A stretch of 14,954 nt of DNA, from NCBI GenBank assembly GCA_964566495.1, contig CAZMIT010000038.1, positions 1-14,954 of the forward strand. The letters run 5' to 3'. The notes under the pieces are model-generated. The model saw only the letters and a program-made list of their open reading frames with translations, was not told where the DNA came from and ran no database searches. Numbering within the stretch: position 1 is the first letter of the stretch; every line of letters begins with the position of its first letter. A program made the translations under genes and the position numbers. Shown here one piece after another: positions 14,653-14,954 of this stretch. Source of the DNA: an uncultured bacterium. GTDB taxonomy: Bacteria > T1Sed10-126.

Positions 14653-14936
14653 CTTCCCACGTTCTCACTCCCCCATCTTTACATTTTTTCACTTTCCACT
14701 TGTCCATCTTTCCAACTTTCATACTTTCACACTTTCCCACGTTCTCACTTTTCCACTTTCCCACTTTCCCACTTTCACACTCCCAGTATAGAAAGAACAC
14801 AGGTAAGGGAGGAACTTGCTCTTGACCTTCCGGTCGTCATTCCGGCCTACGAGCCGGAATCCATGTTTACGGTCTACGGTTTCTCACTCTCCCACTTTCC
14901 CACTTTCCCACTTTCCCACTTACACACTTTCCCACT
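14312..14936. repeat. Octamer tandem arrays: AGTTAnAn-type and ACTTTCMH-type
   Basis: AGTTAGAT AGTTAAAA AGTTATAA AGTTAGAA at 14312-14343 and its copy. ACTTTCAT/ACTTTCAC/ACTTTCCC arrays at 14368-14439, ~14651-14785 and ~14881-14936. Confidence 0.85.
14835..14864 (+). repeat. CGTC-tagged REP-like palindrome
   Basis: CGTCATTCCGGC-CTACGA-GCCGGAATCCAT shares the CGTCATT...AATCCA frame with the units at 1568-1756 and 1883-1911. Confidence 0.75.
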
Positions 14937-14954
14937 TACAGAAAGTTCGAGAAA

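Noticed and set aside
14277..14954. CRISPR array
   Set aside because: Only two long repeats, both tRNA-derived, plus 8-bp microsatellite-like units. No regular 25-45 bp repeat-spacer period and no cas genes.

Overview
A ~50% GC window from a probably diderm bacterium (it encodes an outer-membrane barrel) with many acidic proteins. From left to right it holds: the 3' end of a ferritin gene; a rubrerythrin/ferritin-like gene; a convergent 57-aa ferredoxin missed by the ORF track (second motif CxxHxxCxxxCP); a small cupin; a composite REP/heptamer-repeat region; a GT4 glycosyltransferase; a divergent 992-aa gene and an M20 metallohydrolase; a convergent STAS plus PilZ-like protein; a MocA-like nucleotidyltransferase; a beta-barrel-TPR fusion; pncB; mgtE; an archaeal/eukaryotic-type RNase HII; and tRNA-Arg(CCG) followed by a 283-bp-offset duplication of its 3' end with octamer arrays. 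The best candidate for an undescribed system is the 992-aa protein. It reads as an NrnB-like DHH phosphoesterase whose catalytic domain is split by a ~400-aa insertion (helical plus Ig-like) and which carries two tandem DHHA1 domains. It is followed by an M20 hydrolase whose catalytic Glu appears replaced by Thr. All family calls come from motif recognition by eye; no searches were run.
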